Shown piece by piece: positions 29,079 through 39,284 of a stretch of 64,000 nucleotides of DNA. The notes below the pieces were generated by a model. The model searched no databases. It saw only the letters and a program-made list of their open reading frames with translations, and was not told where the DNA came from. Position numbers and translations under genes: made by a program. Position 1 is the first letter of the stretch; each line of letters opens with the position of its first letter. The stretch is from Promethearchaeota archaeon (GTDB lineage Archaea > Asgardarchaeota > Lokiarchaeia > Sigyniarchaeales > SOKP01), in the NCBI GenBank assembly GCA_019058365.1, contig JAHPZE010000026.1:1-64000 (forward strand), read 5' to 3'.

Positions 29079-30524
29079 ATGGAAAAAGCGAATTCTGAAA
29101 TAAAATTAGTTGATTTTATAAAAAAATCGAATGTGGAATTTATTGAAAATGAATTACGTACTTTTTTAAAAATTCCAAGTAATACACTTAATCGTGCAGG
29201 GATTATAAGAGCAAAAAATTATCTACTTTCTTATATCTCTGACATTTCTGAAGAAATAAATGAATATAAAGGTAAAATGAATCCTCTTATAATTGCTAAA
29301 GTACAAGGTAAACTTAAGGAATCTCTACTAATTTATATGATGTATGATACTCAACCTATTAATAAAGAAAATGAATGGATTAGCAATCCATTTGATGCAG
29401 AAATAAAAACACTTCCCCCTCCACTCGACAAGTTAGGTAATTGTATTATAGCAAGGGGAGCTTATAATTCGAAAACACCATTATTATGTTTTTTGAATAT
29501 TGTGAAAATTTTAAAAAGAGAAAAAAAACTTCCAATCTCCTTAATCCTTTTATTTGATGGTGATGAGGAAAAAGGTTCACCTTCGCTATTAACATTCCTT
29601 GAAGAGAAGCATAATAAAGAAATATTTAATAATTGTCTTGATGCTTATTACCCCGCAACTAAACAAGATCTTAGTAAAAAATCCATTTTAAAATTAGGTT
29701 ATAAAGGGATTTTATCAATAACAATTAAAATTTCATCCAGAAATACAGAACCACATTCTGCTTTTAGTGGAATGATCCCGAATCCCGCTTTGGATTTAGT
29801 TTCTTTGCTTAATACTATATATGCAAATAATAGATTTCAGATTAATAGTCTAAAAAGTCCATATAAAATTACACCTGACGAGGAATATATCATTGGAATT
29901 CTTATGAAAGAACTTGATATTGAAAAAATAAAGAAAAAGGCAGGTATTGAACAACCAATTGAAAAAAGTCCTGAAAAAGCATTTATTAACTACTTATATA
30001 CGCCTACCTTTAATATTTCTACTTTAAAGTCAGGTTTTATGGAAGAAGGAATAAAAAATTATGTTCCTAATCAAGCTATTTGCAATTTAGATATTAGATT
30101 CGCTCATGACGCTACACATGAAGAAATATTTAAAGAAATTAAAGAAAAAGTCGAAAAATTTTCCGAAAGGACTACATCTCAAATTGAAATAATTAAAAAT
30201 ATAGGTTATGAGAGTTCTCGAGTACGAAAAGATTCAGTTCTTGTTAAAAGCCTTATAGAAAGTGCTAATAAGTTAAAAGTTTCGACTGAACTGTGGCCAT
30301 TAAGCGCTGCAGCAGCCCCCTTAAGTAAAATTCAAAGAGTTTTAGGATTGAATTTTATGACTGGAGGTTTAGGTATTGGTGGATTTGCCCATTCTGCAAA
30401 TGAGTTTATACAGTTAGACTCAATAATTAATACAAGATTATCATATTATTACTTTCTACGAGAATATTCTAAGTTGCAATTAGAAAAATTAAGATTTAAT
30501 CAAATAAACCAGCAAAACCCCTAG
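29079..30524 (+). CDS. M20/M25/M40 metallopeptidase family protein
   Basis: MYDTQP, ARGAYNSK, DEEKGSP, LGYKG, HSANE. Confidence 0.85.
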   Translation: MEKANSEIKLVDFIKKSNVEFIENELRTFLKIPSNTLNRAGIIRAKNYLLSYISDISEEINEYKGKMNPLIIAKVQGKLKESLLIYMMYDTQPINKENEWISNPFDAEIKTLPPPLDKLGNCIIARGAYNSKTPLLCFLNIVKILKREKKLPISLILLFDGDEEKGSPSLLTFLEEKHNKEIFNNCLDAYYPATKQDLSKKSILKLGYKGILSITIKISSRNTEPHSAFSGMIPNPALDLVSLLNTIYANNRFQINSLKSPYKITPDEEYIIGILMKELDIEKIKKKAGIEQPIEKSPEKAFINYLYTPTFNISTLKSGFMEEGIKNYVPNQAICNLDIRFAHDATHEEIFKEIKEKVEKFSERTTSQIEIIKNIGYESSRVRKDSVLVKSLIESANKLKVSTELWPLSAAAAPLSKIQRVLGLNFMTGGLGIGGFAHSANEFIQLDSIINTRLSYYYFLREYSKLQLEKLRFNQINQQNP

Positions 30525-31650
30525 TTCTTGGTTTAATAGCACTTTCTGGACATAACTCTGCACAACAGAAACATGAAATGCATTTCTTTCTTAGAAATAC
30601 TGGAAAACTATTTTCTTCAAATTCTATTGCCTCTGAAGCGCAATTTTGAGCACATTGGCCACATTGTACACACCTCGATTTAATTAATCCAGGAATCTTT
30701 TTGATTATTTTATATCCTATATGCCCTGACATATAAGCGATAAAACTTGAAAAAGTATTTCCTGGTACATTAAATTTAGGAGTTTGTTTTTTAGCCTTCT
30801 CAAGAGACATTCCTACAATATCAATATTTTCTAAATTTCCAATGCCAAGGTTACGCTCTATTGCATTTCTAACATGAGGAACGTTTTTAACTTTTAATTT
30901 CCCAATTTCTAGTGCTATTAAATCTAGCGCTACTTCATCTGTTCCTGCTAGAATTAAATCCCATTTTTTCATTGTTCCTCCACCTGGTCCCATCCTACCT
31001 TCCATAATTTCTTGTAGATCGTACACTATTAATCTATTTGGTTTATTCTTTACTATCCATGAAAAATTATCTGCAAGAACTTTCCCAAATTGGTCAGCTG
31101 TTTTTCCAAATAGATGATAATGAGCTTTTAAACCTCCAGGGATAATTCCCCAATAATTTTTAATTGCTCCTGTCATTGTTGCTTCTAAATGAGATTTTAA
31201 CCGTGGAAGGTTGATCAATACATCACAGTCTTTAACCGCTTTGGCAACATGAATTTCTTTTAGTCTTAGAGCATCATCAATCTCTTCAATTAAAGGGGTA
31301 CTACTTTCAAAATCTATAAAATTTATGCCATGTGTTTCACAAATTTCATAAATTCCAATTTCTTTAGCAACATCAGAACCTAATTTTTGGGATTGACCAG
31401 GGGAATCTCCTAAGTAAACATTATTCATTGACACTCCTTTGTCTTTTAGATAAGAAATAACACCTTCAACAAAACCTGATTGAGTACATGCTTCTTTCTT
31501 TGTTGTAAGTAAATTCGGTTTTAAAAGAATGTTTTTAGCACTTGAAAAATCAAATTGTAAATTATCTTCAATTAATTTAATAGCTCCAACTACAGCTTTA
31601 GGTATAGATTCATAATCATTTACATTTACAATACTAACTTTAGTAGACAT
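30496..31650 (-). CDS. DUF362 protein with C-terminal 2x[4Fe-4S] ferredoxin domain
   Basis: LLKPNL, GDSPG, INLPRLKSH, GAIKNYWG; CVQCGQCAQNC and CISCFCCAELCP. Confidence 0.9.
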   Translation of the reverse strand: MSTKVSIVNVNDYESIPKAVVGAIKLIEDNLQFDFSSAKNILLKPNLLTTKKEACTQSGFVEGVISYLKDKGVSMNNVYLGDSPGQSQKLGSDVAKEIGIYEICETHGINFIDFESSTPLIEEIDDALRLKEIHVAKAVKDCDVLINLPRLKSHLEATMTGAIKNYWGIIPGGLKAHYHLFGKTADQFGKVLADNFSWIVKNKPNRLIVYDLQEIMEGRMGPGGGTMKKWDLILAGTDEVALDLIALEIGKLKVKNVPHVRNAIERNLGIGNLENIDIVGMSLEKAKKQTPKFNVPGNTFSSFIAYMSGHIGYKIIKKIPGLIKSRCVQCGQCAQNCASEAIEFEENSFPVFLRKKCISCFCCAELCPESAIKPRTRGFAGLFD

Positions 31651-31895
31651 AATAAAAATTGATAAAATTTTTTTTTAATTGAAATATTTCTTCTTATAAA
31701 TCGTGAAAAATATTTTAATTTTGAGTTTATTAGGTATCTAAAATAAATATTTTTAAGAATCTAATTTATTATAATTATTAAAAACAATATATAGATCAAT
31801 TTTTTTCAAATAAAAAAAATTCTAGTGTTTGAATATATTTTTTACTTTTATTGTAAAATTCATAATCAAACAGATAAAAATAGTGGCTGGAGAAA

Positions 31896-32429
31896 ATGGC
31901 TGACGCAATGTTTAAAATCGTATTTTTTGGAGATGGTGGCGTTGGGAAAACCACATTAATAAACCGATATCTGACTGGTGTCTTTAAGAGCGATTCAGTA
32001 ATAACAATTGGTGTTGACTTTCATGTAAAAAAGGTTGAAATTGCGGATAAGCGAGTCAGTTTACAAATTTGGGATTTTGCAGGGGAGGATAGATTTAGAT
32101 TTCTTATGCCTAGTTATGTTGTTGGCGCTTCTGGAGGAATCTTTATGTTTGATATAACAAGATATACTAGCCTTAGAAATTTTAATGATTGGATTGAAAT
32201 TTTTAAAAAAGGCTATAGAGGGGATAGCGACCAAATGCCTGTCTTGATGGTAGGAAGTAAATTAGATCTTGAATATAAAAGGGCTGTTTCCAGAGAGGAC
32301 GCATTTGAACTGGCTAAAGAGCACAATCTCATTGGTTATCTCGAATGTTCTGCAAAAGATGGCCAAAATGTAGGAGAGATCTTTCAAGAAATTAGCCGTC
32401 TGATGATGATCAGGGCAGGATTATTTTAA
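31896..32429 (+). CDS. Rab-like small GTPase
   Basis: GDGGVGKT, TIGVDF, WDFAGEDRF, SKLD, CSAK; GGAG SD. Confidence 0.95.
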   Translation: MADAMFKIVFFGDGGVGKTTLINRYLTGVFKSDSVITIGVDFHVKKVEIADKRVSLQIWDFAGEDRFRFLMPSYVVGASGGIFMFDITRYTSLRNFNDWIEIFKKGYRGDSDQMPVLMVGSKLDLEYKRAVSREDAFELAKEHNLIGYLECSAKDGQNVGEIFQEISRLMMIRAGLF

Positions 32430-32448
32430 AAAACTTATAAGTGAGATT

Positions 32449-33315
32449 CTATTTTTTTTTAAAAACGTCATCTAATTTGTTTATTACAATATTAGGGAGT
32501 AAATTTCTATCAGACAAATTTGAATTTTTAAAATCATTCTTTAACTCCTCAATCATTTCCATACTTGTAACTCCTGTTAAAACCATTATAGTTTTAATAC
32601 CGGCTCGATTGCCCGCTAAAATATCAGTATTCAATCGATCTCCAAAAATACATGTACCCTCGGCGGATATTTGAGTATCACTTAATATCATATTAATACC
32701 ACACTCTTCAGGTTTACCAAATATTTTGATTGGTTCTTTACCTGTACAAGTCATCAAAGCGTTCACCATTACACCAGCTCCTGGTTTTAATCCTCGAGCA
32801 ACAGGTAACGTAGGATCTGCATTTGTTGCATAAAATTTAGCACCACCTTCCAGAATGCATTTTTGAGCAATTGCTAAATTACTATATTTAAAATCTCTAT
32901 CAAGCCCCACAATTACAAAATCTATATCTTTATAGTCATTTGGCCTAGTTACAATTGTATGACCTAAAGATTGCAGTTCCGTTCTTAATCCTTTTTCTCC
33001 AATCACAAAAATTTTAGCATTTTTCTTTATTTTTGTAATTTCAACCGAAGTGATTGAAGCACTAGTATAAAAATCAGAGATTTCACTTTTTATATTAAAA
33101 TTTCTCAATTTCTCAACATAAGTTTGTCTTGTTGCAGTTGAATTATTAGAATTATATACTACTTTAATAGAATGGTCCTTAAACTCTTTTATAATATTAT
33201 CGGCATTAGGGATTAATGTATCTCCCAGATAAATTACTCCATCTAGATCAAATATCGCTAATTCAATATCTTTTAAATCATCGATTAACTCATGCATAGT
33301 AGTATTACCAACCAA
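32449..33315 (-). CDS. HAD-IIA hydrolase (NagD-like)
   Basis: FDLDGV, SNNS, ATNAD, GKP, GDRLNTDI, VLTGVT. Confidence 0.92.
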   Translation of the reverse strand: MVGNTTMHELIDDLKDIELAIFDLDGVIYLGDTLIPNADNIIKEFKDHSIKVVYNSNNSTATRQTYVEKLRNFNIKSEISDFYTSASITSVEITKIKKNAKIFVIGEKGLRTELQSLGHTIVTRPNDYKDIDFVIVGLDRDFKYSNLAIAQKCILEGGAKFYATNADPTLPVARGLKPGAGVMVNALMTCTGKEPIKIFGKPEECGINMILSDTQISAEGTCIFGDRLNTDILAGNRAGIKTIMVLTGVTSMEMIEELKNDFKNSNLSDRNLLPNIVINKLDDVFKKK

Positions 33316-34447
33316 CTGGTAATTTTAATAGAAGGATAAATATTTGAATTCCAATAGGAATAAAGATTGGATTCAAAATATTATCAGCTGTGTATACTGG
33401 AAAATAATCAGTTAGAAAGAAAATTACCGCTCCAATTATCGCATATATTGGTCCTACAAGTATCAATCCAATTATGTATGCGAGAATCGTTCCCGCAAGA
33501 AAACCTTCTACTGATTTGGTGTCTCTACTTCTTACTTTAACCTTATGTTTTCCATATCTTCTACCGATTAATGCTGCTGCAGCATCTGAAAGACATGCAA
33601 TAAGGACTCCTGCAAAAAAAGCTCTATGATTGAGAAATCCTACCATATAAAGCATATATGAAAAGATAAATCCTGTAATAATATAAATTTGTGGACCTGT
33701 AGCATTTATCTCTTTATTTCTTAACATCGATTTTGTCAAAAAATTAAAAATTGAGTATTCTGGGCTCCATATTATCCTAATTATATCAGAAATTATAGCA
33801 AACATTAACGCTCCAATCAAAGCCATCATTGTAAGATCAATTACCGCTTGAAATTGTCCATGAGTATATGGAAACAAAGAAATTGGACCCCAAATTAATT
33901 CATACGCGGGTTGAATATCGTTGATTAACACAATTACACTATCACTTATTATACGAGTAACTGGGTAGAGTGTTAAAAACCCAAAATATGCTATAACAAG
34001 TAAAAATCCCGTCAAATGAAAACTTTTTCTAACTAACTCCATTTTAAACGTGATGTCCGTCTGGTAAGGATTTTCTTTTGTCATTCTCTCAATATATCTT
34101 CTTAAAACTGGTTTTTTTCCACTCTTTAAGACTCTTTCTTCAATTTCTGATTCAATTCTGCTTACTTCTCTTTTTACCAATGCGAAAAACGTAAAACTGA
34201 CTACTAACATTATCCCTATCCACCATACCATAAATCCATTATATGGATAAGGGAAAAATCTCATAATAGAATTATAATATCCAAAAATTAAGAAACAAAA
34301 ACCACATACTATGGTTGTAGTTCCACCATACTTGTTATTTGCTTTAATTCCCTTTCGACCAATATAAAACATTAAAAGGGTAAGAGTAAAAAAGGAAAGG
34401 GACAACGTTACATTATAAACATTATCAACAACTGTCCAATAGTCCAT
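33305..34447 (-). CDS. Dolichol/phytol kinase-like (CTP-dependent) membrane protein
   Basis: ELVRKSFH, LRNKE, SDAAAALIGRRYG, KSVEG, DNILNP. Confidence 0.85.
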   Translation of the reverse strand: MDYWTVVDNVYNVTLSLSFFTLTLLMFYIGRKGIKANNKYGGTTTIVCGFCFLIFGYYNSIMRFFPYPYNGFMVWWIGIMLVVSFTFFALVKREVSRIESEIEERVLKSGKKPVLRRYIERMTKENPYQTDITFKMELVRKSFHLTGFLLVIAYFGFLTLYPVTRIISDSVIVLINDIQPAYELIWGPISLFPYTHGQFQAVIDLTMMALIGALMFAIISDIIRIIWSPEYSIFNFLTKSMLRNKEINATGPQIYIITGFIFSYMLYMVGFLNHRAFFAGVLIACLSDAAAALIGRRYGKHKVKVRSRDTKSVEGFLAGTILAYIIGLILVGPIYAIIGAVIFFLTDYFPVYTADNILNPIFIPIGIQIFILLLKLPVGW

Positions 34448-34518
34448 AGTCCATCGCGTAAAGAATTGTATTAATTATTGAAATAATTTATAATCTAATA
34501 ATTAGTCTAGCTTTAATA

Positions 34519-35568
34519 ATGTATACACATAAAAGTGATTTTTTTAAAGCATTATCAAAAGAGCCAACAACCCATGTTCCACTATATTGTACTGGATATC
34601 CTGAATTAGAGTTTATAGATAATTATGTCAATAAATACAGATTAAATATTAACAGAAACGATAAAGGATTAAATCAAAAAAATTATCATATTATAGAACA
34701 GATGGGATTTGATAGTATATCATTATGGGATTTTCGCCGAGGTGAAGGAGGTTATACTCTGGATGATCAAAGAAGGGTAGATGGATGGGGACGAATCTAT
34801 AGAGGAGAATGGTATTTATGGGATGGTGTTTTTAGGAATGAAAAAATACTACATGAATGGGAACATTTAACACTTCCCTCTAAAAAAAAAATAATGATTT
34901 TAAAAGATTTCTTAAGGAGGGCAAGCAAAGATTTGGATTATGTAATCTCTTTACCTGGTTTATTTGAAAAGACTTGGCAATCTATGGGTTTTTATTATTT
35001 TGCTAAATGCTTAAGAAAGAATATTGAATTTGTGAAAACTGTAATCTCATATTTCTCAAACTATATTATGAAATTAATTAATATTCTTCAAAACGCTGGA
35101 ACTCAATTATTTCTTGTGGCAGATGACTATGGATACAGAAATAGAACATTTATTCCTAAAAATATATGGAAGGAATTATTCTTTAAAGAATATAGAGAGA
35201 TTATAAATCTAATCCATAATAAAAATCACAAAATAATTATTCATTCTGATGGATATATCTCAGATATGATTGAAAATTTCATTGATTTAGGATTTGATGG
35301 TGTTCAAAGTTTAGAGCCTAATGCGAGAGTCGATATATTTTCCCTCTTTGAAAAATTCAAAAATAAAATCTGTTTTATAGGTAATTTAGATATGTCTCTG
35401 CTAGCATTTGGTACACCAGAACAAGTAAAAGGTTATGTTATTAAACTAATTAAAAATGCAAAAAAAAACAATTGCTCATTAGTAGTATCACCTTCACATC
35501 AAATTACTTCAAAATGTAAGGTAGAAAATATTAATACAATGATAAAAACGGCTAAAATATTTAAATAA
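34519..35568 (+). CDS. Uroporphyrinogen decarboxylase-superfamily protein
   Basis: VDGWG, ADDYG, HSDG, SLEP, GNLD, GTPEQV, SHQI. Confidence 0.85.
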   Translation: MYTHKSDFFKALSKEPTTHVPLYCTGYPELEFIDNYVNKYRLNINRNDKGLNQKNYHIIEQMGFDSISLWDFRRGEGGYTLDDQRRVDGWGRIYRGEWYLWDGVFRNEKILHEWEHLTLPSKKKIMILKDFLRRASKDLDYVISLPGLFEKTWQSMGFYYFAKCLRKNIEFVKTVISYFSNYIMKLINILQNAGTQLFLVADDYGYRNRTFIPKNIWKELFFKEYREIINLIHNKNHKIIIHSDGYISDMIENFIDLGFDGVQSLEPNARVDIFSLFEKFKNKICFIGNLDMSLLAFGTPEQVKGYVIKLIKNAKKNNCSLVVSPSHQITSKCKVENINTMIKTAKIFK

Positions 35569-35801
35569 TAATTTTGATAATTACTACAAGTACATAGTTT
35601 TTAAAAATAATAACAGTGCTTAAGAGTACATTACAAAAATTTAGACAGTTAATTAATAAAGAAGTAATAATATAATTTATTAGAAAGTTCGAAATAAAAA
35701 AAAATAAATAAAATAAAAATAAGTTAATTATATCTATTATAGTAAGATTATATAACAAATCTTATTCGCAAAAAATATCTTATATCTAAATTACCAAAAA
35801 A

Positions 35802-36179
35802 ATGACTTCTATGGAATCCACTACTGAAAATCTTGACGATATATTGAAAAAACTCCTTGCAGCTATCCCAGAGGTAAAATCTGCTGCTATTGTTTCCGCT
35901 GAAGGTCTACCAATTGCTTCCGCACTTCCCCAAGGTGTCGATGAGACAAGAATTGCTGCTATGACTGCTGCGCTTCTCTCACTTGCCGAAAGGGCGGTTA
36001 TCGAGATGGAGAAAGGTGAGTTTGACCAGTTATATATAAAAGGGAATGATGGGTATCTATTAGTTATGCAAGCGGGTCCTAATGCTGTACTAACTGTGTC
36101 TACTACTAAGGATGTAAGGTTGGGCTTAATATTTTTAGATTGTAAGCGAACTTGTGAAAAAATCGCGAAATTAATCTAA
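35802..36179 (+). CDS. Roadblock/LC7 (MglB-like) protein
   Basis: AAIVSAEGLPIASALP, RIAAMTAALLSLAER, LGLIFLD. Confidence 0.93.
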   Translation: MTSMESTTENLDDILKKLLAAIPEVKSAAIVSAEGLPIASALPQGVDETRIAAMTAALLSLAERAVIEMEKGEFDQLYIKGNDGYLLVMQAGPNAVLTVSTTKDVRLGLIFLDCKRTCEKIAKLI

Positions 36180-36345
36180 TTTTGTTATAACTTCTTCATA
36201 TTATTCAAGATTTTTTATAAATATTGATTAGTATTTGCCAATTCCCTTTTTGAATTAAACCTTTATAAGAACAATTAACTAAATTTATAATTGTAATTTC
36301 TTTCTAAGAATTAAAAACTATAAAGAAAAAACTTACTTGATTTAA

Positions 36346-36567
36346 ATGTCTAATGTTAACTTAAATAACCATATGTTAGTTACTGATGGAGCAGCATTTA
36401 ATAAAAAAGGGATATCTGCAACATCGATGAGTGGTCTTAATCTAAAAGATGAGCTTCCTCCCTATTATCATACAAGACGAGACTCTCCTGAAAATGTTGA
36501 AAAAGGAGCATTAGGTCAATTCGTTGAGTTTTGTTTGGAATATCTAAAATTCGTAGATTCGCAATAA
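36346..36567 (+). pseudogene. C-terminal remnant of an M28-family peptidase
   Basis: TDGAAF...G...YYHT..D..ENV matches the M28 C-terminus; only 73 aa, N-terminal catalytic part absent. Confidence 0.65.
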
Positions 36568-36599
36568 TTTAAAAAATAGTATTCAATTAGGAGGAGATT

Positions 36600-36974
36600 A
36601 TAATTCAAGATAAAAAAAGTTCATATTTTATTGACATTGAAGATGCTCCCAAATTTATGCAGATGAAAGGATTAGAAACAACAATTCTTACAGGTTTACA
36701 CGGTGAGAAAATGACAATGGCGCTCAATGCCACATTACCAGGTCACACTGTTCCTATGCATTCTCATAAGCATGAGCAAATAGGGATGGTTTATAGTGGA
36801 GAAGCAAAGCTTCGAATTGGAGATGAGGAGCGGATTATGAAAAAAGGAGATTTTTATTGTATTCCATCAGGTACGCATCATGGAGATACTTGTATAGGTA
36901 ATGAACCGTTTATTATGCTTGATATTTTTTTTCCTACAAGAAAGGATTTTATAAGAAAGCTAACGAATAAATGA
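36600..36974 (+). CDS. Cupin domain protein (probable ATA/ATT start at 36600/36603; first ATG 36657)
   Basis: PMHSHKHEQ, IPSGTHHG, LDIF.P.R.DF; frame open upstream to TAG 36588; AGGAGG SD. Confidence 0.85.
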   Translation: MIQDKKSSYFIDIEDAPKFMQMKGLETTILTGLHGEKMTMALNATLPGHTVPMHSHKHEQIGMVYSGEAKLRIGDEERIMKKGDFYCIPSGTHHGDTCIGNEPFIMLDIFFPTRKDFIRKLTNK

Positions 36975-36999
36975 TAGATTCACCAAATCAATAAGAGAA

Positions 37000-37785
37000 T
37001 TAATTCTCATTAATTTTAGCCTTTTTAATTGCGTCTCTAAGTTTACTTTTTTCAATTTCTGGGCCTACCTCTATCATTTCACCATTAACATAGATTCTTC
37101 GCTCAATACCATATTGCTGTAAGATTTTTTGATCAACTGCTGAAAATTCGTTAAGAATAACATCATTTCCGTATTCTGAGACGACTTCTCGCACTCTTTG
37201 TGCTTCAACATCACTAGTTAAACAAAATCTATTCCAAAACAAATCAATGACAATTTTTCCCTTAATAGGTTTAAAGTTATAATTTTCTTCTCGGAATTTA
37301 GGAGGTTCAGCATTTAGATCAAATTGTTTCCAAAGAATTGCTTCTTCACCATGTTTTTCAGCAACTTTAAATCCAATATTTAAAAAATAGTCTGCTGGCA
37401 TAAACCAGAAATCCCAAAAATATCCAATAGTCGCAATTCCATTTCGATTTTGGCATTTAGCTTCTTCTTCAGCAGCTTTTACTAATTTTCTCCCTACTCC
37501 TTTTTTCGAAAATTTAGATTGTGAAACTAAACAAGGGAATACCATCAAATCTCTACCTTGAATATTCCAAGGATTTATTTCAATTGGTATAATATATAGA
37601 AATCCTGCATGAACACCATCTAAAAGAGCAACTTTAACTCTCAAACCATTTTTTTCCATACTCCTAAGCCAAGATATGCGGCGTGGACAAGACATTTCAT
37701 ATTCATTGTTATTTTCATTTACATGAGTACATGTACCAACATAATATTCATCATCTTTGGTCATATCTCGTATGATAATTGACAT
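37000..37785 (-). CDS. GNAT acetyltransferase (YoaP-like) with C-terminal thioredoxin-like domain
   Basis: GFLYIIP, CLVS, KKGVGRKL; GAGGTG SD. Confidence 0.75.
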   Translation of the reverse strand: MSIIIRDMTKDDEYYVGTCTHVNENNNEYEMSCPRRISWLRSMEKNGLRVKVALLDGVHAGFLYIIPIEINPWNIQGRDLMVFPCLVSQSKFSKKGVGRKLVKAAEEEAKCQNRNGIATIGYFWDFWFMPADYFLNIGFKVAEKHGEEAILWKQFDLNAEPPKFREENYNFKPIKGKIVIDLFWNRFCLTSDVEAQRVREVVSEYGNDVILNEFSAVDQKILQQYGIERRIYVNGEMIEVGPEIEKSKLRDAIKKAKINEN

Positions 37786-37956
37786 TTTTACACCTCTAAA
37801 TTAATTCTCAATCATTTATGTTTATTCAATAATAATTTTGTTTGAAAAATTGAAATTCAGAATAAAATGTGTTTTATTTCAATTAAACTATATAACAACA
37901 TATAATTTAAATAAGGTTAATCTAAAATTTATAAGAAATTAAAATTTCAAATAATT

Positions 37957-38262
37957 ATGACAGAAGAACAGTATTTTTATGTCGTAATAAAGCCATATCG
38001 TCAGGATTTCATTATAAATCCAAAAGAAGAAGAAGAACAAATCATGTCTGATCATTTTCTTTACCTAAAATCGCTATTAGAACAGCAAAAATTATATCTT
38101 GCTGGTCCAACGTTGATTCCTGAAGATCCATTTGGGCTTATAATTCTTGAGGCAGAAACAGAGGAAGATGCAAGAAATTTACTTGAAAATGATCCTTCAG
38201 TTAAAGCTGGCATCCAACAAATAGCAGATTTTAGACCTATTCGACTCTCTTTAACAAGATAA
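37957..38262 (+). CDS. YciI-family protein
   Basis: H..YL..L, LAGP, GLIILEA, DP.V.AG. Confidence 0.85.
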   Translation: MTEEQYFYVVIKPYRQDFIINPKEEEEQIMSDHFLYLKSLLEQQKLYLAGPTLIPEDPFGLIILEAETEEDARNLLENDPSVKAGIQQIADFRPIRLSLTR

Positions 38263-38401
38263 TGGAAAGTTTAAGACTAAATAAGAGAAATCTTATTCTC
38301 ATTAGTTTTATGTTTATAAAATCACAAACTATTAATTTTTTAGTTCATAATATCAATTACTTAACTTCGTTAAATTTCATTATTTTTATGGGTATGTTCA
38401 G

Positions 38402-39001
38402 ATGTTTAAGCTTTACACAATTGAAGGAAAGATAGAGATACCTCCATTTCTGTTTGGTCAAAAAAAAGAAGTCAGTGCAAGAATCATCCTTTCAGAGGAT
38501 TATGAAGGTATTATCACACGAGACTATGGATTTGTTATAGCAGTTGTAGATGTCCTTAATGTAGGAATGGGGATAATTATACCTGGTAATGCAAATACCT
38601 TCCATGAAGTAGAATTCACAATACTTTCATTCAAACCAACAGTTTCAGAAGTCGTAGAAGGTACAGTAGTTGAGATTGTTGATTTCGGTTCATTTGTCCG
38701 TCTAGGTCCACTGGATGGTTTAGTCCATGTGTCTCAGATCTGCGATGATTATATCTCTTACGAACAAGTTGGAAATCGATTTATTGGCAAAGAAACCGGA
38801 AAAATCCTTGAAGTTAATGATCAAGTAAGAGCAAAGATAATTGCGGTTTCTTTAGGCACGGGAAGGAGTGGGAAACTTGGACTAACAATGAGACAAAAAT
38901 TTCTGGGAAAAGATGAGTGGATTAAAGCTGATATTGAAGAAGTTTATGCTGAAAAGGAAACAAAACAAAAAGAACCAAATGATAAAGAAGATCATACTTA
39001 A
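38402..39001 (+). CDS. rpoE1: RNA polymerase subunit E' (Rpo7)
   Basis: IPP, VVEGTVVEIVDFGSFVRLGPLDGLVHVSQI, LTMRQ..LGK.EWI. Confidence 0.96.
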   Translation: MFKLYTIEGKIEIPPFLFGQKKEVSARIILSEDYEGIITRDYGFVIAVVDVLNVGMGIIIPGNANTFHEVEFTILSFKPTVSEVVEGTVVEIVDFGSFVRLGPLDGLVHVSQICDDYISYEQVGNRFIGKETGKILEVNDQVRAKIIAVSLGTGRSGKLGLTMRQKFLGKDEWIKADIEEVYAEKETKQKEPNDKEDHT

Positions 39002-39030
39002 TAATAATTTGAAAAGGAGATTGAGTCATT

Positions 39031-39219
39031 ATGAAAGAGAAAGCCTGTAAAAATTGTCATTTGATAACTAAAAATGAGACAATCTGTCCTAAATGTAAGA
39101 CACATACTCTAAGCGAAGATTTTACTGGAGAGGTTGTTATTATTAATCCTAAAGAGTCTAAGTTTGCAGAATATTTAAAAATCCATTTTCCGGGAAAATA
39201 TGCATTGCGAGTAAGATAA
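39031..39219 (+). CDS. spt4: Transcription elongation factor Spt4 (RpoE2)
   Basis: KACKNC..CPKC, PGKYALRVR; follows rpoE1; GGAG SD. Confidence 0.95.
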   Translation: MKEKACKNCHLITKNETICPKCKTHTLSEDFTGEVVIINPKESKFAEYLKIHFPGKYALRVR

Positions 39220-39284
39220 TTAATTTTTTTCAGAGTTTTCACCTATTTTTATAACATTTTTTAAATGTAACATTCTTAAATATC

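Noticed and set aside
35561-35758. 65-aa hydrophobic ORF in an intergenic region
   Set aside because: Low-complexity AT-rich translation (I/F/L/N); more likely the promoter region of the roadblock gene
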